Shown here one piece after another: positions 7,443 through 13,023 of a DNA stretch of 13,023 nucleotides. The translations under genes and the position numbers were made by a program. Origin of the DNA: Candidatus Heimdallarchaeota archaeon. GTDB lineage: Archaea > Asgardarchaeota > Heimdallarchaeia > Heimdallarchaeales > Heimdallarchaeaceae. The first letter of the stretch is position 1; the number at the start of each line of letters is the position of its first letter. The notes under the pieces are model-generated. The model had not been told where the DNA came from and ran no database searches. It saw only the letters and a list, made by a program, of their open reading frames with translations. The stretch covers positions 1 to 13,023 of the forward strand of contig DAOVER010000071.1 of NCBI GenBank assembly GCA_030668875.1, written 5' to 3'.

Positions 7443-9410
7443 ATGCGTATAGGTGTTTATGTCTGTGAATGTGGAAAAAATATATCTGCAACTGTTGACG
7501 TTGAAAAGGTTGTAGATTATGCAAAATCTCTTCCTAATGTAGCCGCAAGTCGTGTTTACAAGTATATGTGTGCTGATCCTGGTCAAGAACTTATTAAGAA
7601 GGATATAGAAGAACTGAAGCTAGATAAAGTCATAGTTGCAGCATGTTCTCCCAGAATGCATGAACCTACTTTTAGAGCTGCGATTGAGGACAAAGGATTA
7701 AATCCATATACACTAGAAATAGTCAATATTCGTGAACAAGTTTCATGGGTTCATGACGATAAAAAGAAAGGCACTAAAAAAGCAAAATCATTAGTAAAGA
7801 GTTCTGTTATGCGTTCTGCTCTAATGGAACCTTTGGATAGGAAAAAAGTAGGAGTTACTCACAAAGCTCTCGTAATAGGTGCAGGAATTGCTGGAATACA
7901 AGCAGCTTTAGATATTGCAGGATCAGGTTATCAAGTAACGCTTGTTGAAAAGACATCATCCATTGGAGGAAAAATGGCACAGTTAGATAAGACTTTTCCA
8001 ACATTAGATTGCTCTGCATGTATTCTGAGTCCTAAAATGGTTGAAGTAGGACGTAATCCTAATATCACTCTAATTGCCAATGCTGAAGTGGAACAAGTTG
8101 ACGGTTATGTAGGTAATTTCAAAGTTAAAATTAAGAAAAAACCACGCTATGTAATTGAAGAAAGATGTACAATGTGTGATGATTGTGTTCCTGTTTGTCC
8201 TGTTATTGTTCATGATGAATACAACGAGAACTTATCACCTCGTAAAGCGATATATATCGCATTTCCTCAAGCTATTCCGGCATCGTATATTATTAACCCT
8301 GACGATTGTTTAGGTATCGACCCTCTCATATGCTCTAAATGTAAAGATGTTTGTGGTCCTGAAGCTATTGATTTTGACATGAAACCTGAGATAATTGAGG
8401 ATGAATTTGGAGCTATTGTTGTTGCTACTGGATTTGATACATACCCAATAGAAAATCTTGGAGAATATGGTCAAGGCAATATACCTGATGTTATTACAGG
8501 TTTAGAGTTCGAAAGATTGATATCCCCAGGAGGTCCATCAACTGGAGATTTAAGAAGACCTTCTGATGGAAAATTGGTGAAAAATGTTGTTTTCATCCAT
8601 TGTGCTGGCTCAAGAGATCCTGCAAAACACTTACCATACTGCTCTAAAATCTGCTGCATGTACTCCACTAAACAAGCTTTAATGTTCAAACATGAAGTGC
8701 GTGATGGAACTGCAGTTAATTTCTACATTGATATACGTACTGGAGGAAAAGATTACGAGGAGTTTTATCAAAGAGCAGCAGAAGAAGCAAAAGTTATTTA
8801 CATTAGAGGAAAAGTTTCTGAGCTAATACAAGATGGAGATAAGATTTTAGTTAAAGGTGTAAATACACTAACTGCTGAAACGGTTGAACTACATGCTGAT
8901 TTAGTTGTGCTTGCAACAGGTATTATCCCAAGTCAAGGAACAAAGGATATAGCAAGTGTATTAAGACTCTCCCTTGGAATTAACGGGTTCATCAAAGAAG
9001 CTCATCCGAAATTAAAACCAGTTGAAACTTCAATTACTGGGGTTTTCGTTGCTGGATGTGCTACAGGGCCGAAAGATATCCCCGAGACAGTATCACAAGC
9101 AGGAAGAGCAGCAGTAAGAGCTTGTAATATTATAGCTCAAGATGAGATTGAAGTCGAAGCAACAATTGCTCATGTTGACGAAATATTATGTCGAGGTTGT
9201 GGAATCTGTGTGGGAACATGTCCTTATAGTGCAATCACTTTGATAGACACTAAAAGATTTGGAAATATCTACAAAGTAGCTTCTGTAAATGAAGCACTGT
9301 GCAAGGGATGTGGCTCATGTGCAGCTGCATGTTTGAATGGCGCCATAAACCAATTTGGTTTTGAAGATAAGCAAATCCTTGCAATGATACAAGCTTTAGG
9401 AGAAGAATAG
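7443..9410 (+). CDS. hdrA: Heterodisulfide reductase subunit A (bifurcating flavoprotein), 655 aa
   Basis: N-terminal CECG/CADP/AACSP, GAGIAG, TLDCSAC, inserted ferredoxin domain, GLEFER, HCAGSR...YCSKICCMYSTK, and a C-terminal 2x[4Fe-4S] domain. ATG 7443 is preferred to the track's TTG 7413. Confidence 0.96.
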   Translation: MRIGVYVCECGKNISATVDVEKVVDYAKSLPNVAASRVYKYMCADPGQELIKKDIEELKLDKVIVAACSPRMHEPTFRAAIEDKGLNPYTLEIVNIREQVSWVHDDKKKGTKKAKSLVKSSVMRSALMEPLDRKKVGVTHKALVIGAGIAGIQAALDIAGSGYQVTLVEKTSSIGGKMAQLDKTFPTLDCSACILSPKMVEVGRNPNITLIANAEVEQVDGYVGNFKVKIKKKPRYVIEERCTMCDDCVPVCPVIVHDEYNENLSPRKAIYIAFPQAIPASYIINPDDCLGIDPLICSKCKDVCGPEAIDFDMKPEIIEDEFGAIVVATGFDTYPIENLGEYGQGNIPDVITGLEFERLISPGGPSTGDLRRPSDGKLVKNVVFIHCAGSRDPAKHLPYCSKICCMYSTKQALMFKHEVRDGTAVNFYIDIRTGGKDYEEFYQRAAEEAKVIYIRGKVSELIQDGDKILVKGVNTLTAETVELHADLVVLATGIIPSQGTKDIASVLRLSLGINGFIKEAHPKLKPVETSITGVFVAGCATGPKDIPETVSQAGRAAVRACNIIAQDEIEVEATIAHVDEILCRGCGICVGTCPYSAITLIDTKRFGNIYKVASVNEALCKGCGSCAAACLNGAINQFGFEDKQILAMIQALGEE

Positions 9411-9421
9411 AGGCGAAAAAT

Positions 9422-9835
9422 ATGTCTTATGATTATATAGAATTTGGAGACACTGAAAAAGAGTTCACTTCAAAGATAGAAGAAATATCTGGACAGAACA
9501 TCTTTAGTTGTTATCAATGCGGAAAATGTTCTGCTGGTTGCGCTTTTAGTAATCTTATGGAAAAAACAATAAATCATACCATGCAACTTGTACAGTTAGG
9601 AAAAAAAGAGAAAGTTCTGCAATCAAATACCCATTGGGTATGTGCAAGTTGTTTAACATGTACTGTTCGATGTCCAAGAGAAATTGATGTTGCAGCCGTT
9701 ATGGAAGCTATACGTGAGTATACCTTACGCTATGAACCAGAAACAATTGAGAGGCTAGATTTGCCAGAAGAGTTGTTGAAGAAGATACCCAATATTGCAT
9801 TGGTTGGGAGCTTCCGTAAAAAATCAGAATTATAA
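9422..9835 (+). CDS. hdrC: Heterodisulfide reductase subunit C (2x[4Fe-4S])
   Basis: CYQCGKCSAGC and WVCASCLTCTVRCP motifs; lies between hdrA and hdrB. Confidence 0.9.
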   Translation: MSYDYIEFGDTEKEFTSKIEEISGQNIFSCYQCGKCSAGCAFSNLMEKTINHTMQLVQLGKKEKVLQSNTHWVCASCLTCTVRCPREIDVAAVMEAIREYTLRYEPETIERLDLPEELLKKIPNIALVGSFRKKSEL

Positions 9836-9847
9836 TAAGGTGAATAA

Positions 9848-10756
9848 ATGAAAAATTCCTACTTTCCCGGATGTAATTTAAAAACTGAGGCCAAAGGATT
9901 TGAACAATCAGCAATCGCTGTGTCAAAAGCACTAGATGCGGAACTAGTAGAAATGCCTGAATGGAATTGTTGTGGAACAGTTCAAACCATGACAACTGAT
10001 AATTTAATGAGAAGGATTGCTCCAGTTAGAGTTCTATCTAGAGCATCAAACCATGTAAAAGAGTTAAAGAACTCTCAGAATCAAGTTATAACCTTATGTT
10101 CAATGTGTAATTCTACTCTAAAAATAGTCAATGCAGAAGTAAAAGAGAATCCAAATGATCTTGAGAAAATTAATTTTCAGCTAGAAAACGATGATTTAGT
10201 TTACGAAGGAGATATGGAAGTAAAGCATTTTCTTGAAATTCTCAGAGACGATGTTGGTTATGAAAATATCGCAAAAAAAGTAACTAATCCATTAGAGGGG
10301 ATGAAAATTGCTTCGTATTATGGCTGTATGCTTCTACATCCAGAAAAAGCTAAAATAGATGACGAAGAGATGCCCACAGTTATGGAAAGTATTGTTCTAT
10401 CATTGGGAGCTGAAGTAGTTGATTGGCCTTACTTCAAACAATGTTGTGGTTCCTATCATATCGTAGATAGAGACGATATTGTAAATTCTCAAGTTGTTAA
10501 AATCATCAGAAATGCAAAGAAAACTGGTGCAAATGCTTTGATCGTAGCATGTCCTTTGTGCGCTTATAATCTTGATAATCAACAAGTAGAATTAGAAAAA
10601 CTAGGTGTAGAAAAAGAGCCCATACCCATTTTTTATTTTACACAACTAATGGCTATAGCAATGGGATTACCACAAAAAGTAAATCATTTTGAAGATCATC
10701 ATATAAACCCAATACTCTTACTTAAAGAGTTAGGACTGATAGGGAAAAAGAAATAG
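9848..10756 (+). CDS. hdrB: Heterodisulfide reductase subunit B (two CCG domains)
   Basis: YFPGC...NCCG...LCSMC and YYGC...QCCG...ACPLC: both 5-Cys CCG motifs are complete. Confidence 0.93.
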   Translation: MKNSYFPGCNLKTEAKGFEQSAIAVSKALDAELVEMPEWNCCGTVQTMTTDNLMRRIAPVRVLSRASNHVKELKNSQNQVITLCSMCNSTLKIVNAEVKENPNDLEKINFQLENDDLVYEGDMEVKHFLEILRDDVGYENIAKKVTNPLEGMKIASYYGCMLLHPEKAKIDDEEMPTVMESIVLSLGAEVVDWPYFKQCCGSYHIVDRDDIVNSQVVKIIRNAKKTGANALIVACPLCAYNLDNQQVELEKLGVEKEPIPIFYFTQLMAIAMGLPQKVNHFEDHHINPILLLKELGLIGKKK

Positions 10757-10766
10757 AGGGTTAAAA

Positions 10767-11492
10767 ATGGCAAAAACAAAATCAAAAACAAAAGCAGAAA
10801 ATCAAACCCAGATGGTAAAAATTTACATTATGGGGAGTATGTATGAAGTTCCTTCATCATTAACCATAATGAAAGCAATAGAATATGCGGGATTCAAACT
10901 AATAAGAGGCAGTGGATGTCGTGCTGGCTTCTGTGGCGCATGTGCTACCGTATATCGTAAAAAAGGAGATTTCAGAATATATACCGCTTTAGCTTGCCAG
11001 ACTCAAGTTGAAGAAGGGATGTATCTCACACAAATGCCCTTCGTTCCAGCAAATAAAGCAAAATATGATATTGACACCATTCAACCTATAGCAAGCACAA
11101 TTCTTCAGTACTATCCTGAAGTAGCACGATGTTTAAGCTGTAACGCTTGCTCAAGAGTATGCCCACAAGAAATTCAAGTGATGGATTATGTGCAACATTG
11201 CTTGCATGGGGAAATCGATAAAGCAGCTGCAGTGAGTTTTGACTGTGTGCAATGCGGTTTATGTGCAATTCGTTGCCCTGCTGAAATCCCACAATATCAT
11301 GTAGCTACTTTAGTAAGAAGACTACACGGAAAATATAATATGAAACCTCCAGAATCTCTTGAAAAGAGAGTAAAAGAGATTGAAGATGGAGAATATGAAG
11401 AAGGGTTCAAAGAACTCATGTCTCTTCCTGAGGACAAATTACGACACAAATACTATCACGAAAGAGACTTCATTGATCAGAAAAAGGCGTGA
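10767..11492 (+). CDS. SdhB/FrdB-like iron-sulfur protein ([2Fe-2S] + 2x[4Fe-4S]), no CCG domain
   Basis: GCRAGFCGAC...LACQ [2Fe-2S] motif, CLSCNACSRVCP and CVQCGLCAIRCP. Lies 2 nt upstream of an SdhA-family flavoprotein gene. Confidence 0.85.
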   Translation: MAKTKSKTKAENQTQMVKIYIMGSMYEVPSSLTIMKAIEYAGFKLIRGSGCRAGFCGACATVYRKKGDFRIYTALACQTQVEEGMYLTQMPFVPANKAKYDIDTIQPIASTILQYYPEVARCLSCNACSRVCPQEIQVMDYVQHCLHGEIDKAAAVSFDCVQCGLCAIRCPAEIPQYHVATLVRRLHGKYNMKPPESLEKRVKEIEDGEYEEGFKELMSLPEDKLRHKYYHERDFIDQKKA

Positions 11493-11494
11493 TT

Positions 11495-13023
11495 ATGATG
11501 ATAAGAGGATATCCTGAAAATATGCGTAAAAGCATAAAAAATGTAAACAAAACTAGAGCAAAACGCTTAACAGAAATTAAAGCAGATTTAACAGAAGCTG
11601 AAAGAAAAGAGGTTCTTGACAATTATCATCCAGATTACAATCCAAAATTTAAAAGAGATCTGGGATGGGGACCCAACAAAGGCGATAATGTACCTAATGA
11701 AGTAGCAGACGTAATCGAAGCTTACCCAGTTGTTAACCCTGATGATATTGATTTATCTCAAATTGATTATGATGTAGGAGTACTAATAATTGGAGCGGGT
11801 GGAGCAGGTACTTCAGCTGCTTTATGGGCAGTAAAAGAAGGAGTACCAGCTGATAAAATCTTTATGGTAACTAAATTAAGATTGGGTGATTGTAATACTG
11901 TCATGGCTCAAGGAGGCATTCAAGCAGCAGATCGTGATGTAGATTCTCCCCTCATCCATTACCTTGATGTAATGGGTGGTGGGCATTTTGATAATAAGCC
12001 TAAGTTGGCAAAAGCTCTAGTGAATGATGGACCAAAAATCATAAAATGGCACAAAGAACTTGGCATGATGTATGACCAAAATCCAGATGGAAGTTTTGTT
12101 GAAAATCCAGGTGGTGGTACATCTAGAAATAGAATGCATTGCTCAAAAGATTACACAGGAATGGAAATTTTCCGCACTTTGAAGGATGAAATCATCAATA
12201 AAGATATTCCAGTTCTAGAATTTTCTCCAGCTATTGAGCTCTTAACAGATGAAACAGGAAGAATTGCCGGAGCTATTCTCTATAACATCGAAACTAAGCA
12301 GTATTTCGTAGTTAAAGCAAAAATAACAATTTTAACCACAGGAGGTTTTGGTAGATTACATGTTGCTGGTTTTCCAACAACCAACCATTATGGAGCTACA
12401 GCTGATGGTGTAGTAATGGCTTATCGTGCAGGAGCTAAACTCCGAAATCTTGAATCCACACAATTCCACCCCACTGGAGCAGCTTTTCCAGAGCAAATAG
12501 TCGGTCTGCTCATAACTGAAAAAGTAAGAAGTCTAGGAGGGCAAGTATTAGGATACGATGGAGAACAAATTTGTTATCCACTTGAACCAAGAGATGTTGA
12601 AGCTTCTTCTCTTATCAAATGCTGTAAATCCACAGAAAATTACATTGAAACACCTACAGGTATGAGAGGTGTTTGGTTGGATAGTCCATTGATCGAAGAA
12701 TTAAAAGGAAAGGGTTCAGTTGAGAAAAACCTAAGTGCTATGTATCGTATGATGCAACGTTTCGATATTGACATATCCAAGGATCCCATTCTAGTTTATC
12801 CTACACTTCATTATCAGAATGGAGGAATTCTACATGATGAAAACTGCTATTCTTCTCTTAAAGGTCTTTTAGCTGCAGGAGAAATCTCTGGTGGAGTTCA
12901 TGGAAAGAATCGTTTAATGGGTAATTCACTATTAGAAGTTAATGTGTTTGGAAGACGAGCAGGTATAACAGCAGCTAAAGAATACAAAAAGAAAGGTGGA
13001 AACTCAGGAAAATTGTCTTTGGA
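11495..13023 (+). CDS. SdhA/FrdA/TfrA-family FAD flavoprotein (fumarate reductase-like), 3' end beyond the window
   Basis: Manual translation gives 509 open codons from ATG 11495 (MMIRGYPENMRKS...). Motifs: IIGAGGAG, CNTVMAQGG, TGGFG, TNHYGATADG, QFHPTG, ITEKVR, EPRDV, LHYQNGG, AAGE, HGKNRLMGNSL, FGRRAG. Absent from the ORF track, presumably because it has no stop codon in the window. Confidence 0.92.
   Translation, partial: MMIRGYPENMRKSIKNVNKTRAKRLTEIKADLTEAERKEVLDNYHPDYNPKFKRDLGWGPNKGDNVPNEVADVIEAYPVVNPDDIDLSQIDYDVGVLIIGAGGAGTSAALWAVKEGVPADKIFMVTKLRLGDCNTVMAQGGIQAADRDVDSPLIHYLDVMGGGHFDNKPKLAKALVNDGPKIIKWHKELGMMYDQNPDGSFVENPGGGTSRNRMHCSKDYTGMEIFRTLKDEIINKDIPVLEFSPAIELLTDETGRIAGAILYNIETKQYFVVKAKITILTTGGFGRLHVAGFPTTNHYGATADGVVMAYRAGAKLRNLESTQFHPTGAAFPEQIVGLLITEKVRSLGGQVLGYDGEQICYPLEPRDVEASSLIKCCKSTENYIETPTGMRGVWLDSPLIEELKGKGSVEKNLSAMYRMMQRFDIDISKDPILVYPTLHYQNGGILHDENCYSSLKGLLAAGEISGGVHGKNRLMGNSLLEVNVFGRRAGITAAKEYKKKGGNSGKLSL

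Noticed and set aside
4150-9410. Possible selenocysteine recoding in MvhD-like protein or HdrA (Sec-containing in some archaea)
   Set aside because: The relevant positions (RVMCSGR, GCHPGDCH, TLDCSAC) are ordinary Cys codons, and both ORFs lack in-frame TGA.
9504-9548. HdrC first cluster motif ends CAF instead of CP (similarly HdrA's last motif ends CLN)
   Set aside because: All four Cys ligands are retained, and Pro substitution alone is not evidence of altered function.
1480-11292. Short track ORFs (1480-1701, 1777-1977, 1991-2182, 2781-3005, 5357-5608, 6470-6727, 6786-6968, 7036-7254, 7278-7586, 8471-8689, 9708-9995, 10400-10585, 11086-11292)
   Set aside because: All are antisense or alternate-frame shadows of strongly supported enzyme genes, with no recognisable motifs.

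Overview
AT-rich, archaeal-looking window. An Asgard archaeon is plausible (inferred from a eukaryote-like small GTPase, archaeal-type four-subunit OFOR/HdrA genes and TATA-like promoters) but cannot be proven from sequence alone. On the minus strand at left are a small Ras/Arf-superfamily GTPase (256-897) and the 5' part of a gene carrying five perfect 27-bp repeats (EEVVEEKPS)n that runs off the window. A ~320-bp divergent intergenic region, rich in palindromes and TATA-like boxes, precedes a tightly packed plus-strand cluster of 13 genes (~1228 to >13023; gaps of 34 nt or less, or overlaps). The cluster encodes a four-subunit 2-oxoacid:ferredoxin oxidoreductase (korDABC-like), a complete FlxDCBA-HdrACB module with no hydrogenase or formate dehydrogenase catalytic subunit, and an SdhB/FrdB-like Fe-S protein plus an SdhA/FrdA-like flavoprotein. 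The flavoprotein is truncated by the window end and is missing from the supplied ORF track. Main hypothesis (inference): a soluble NAD(P)H-driven, HdrA-based electron-bifurcating system that uses fumarate as high-potential acceptor and supplies reduced ferredoxin to, or exchanges it with, the co-encoded 2-oxoacid oxidoreductase.
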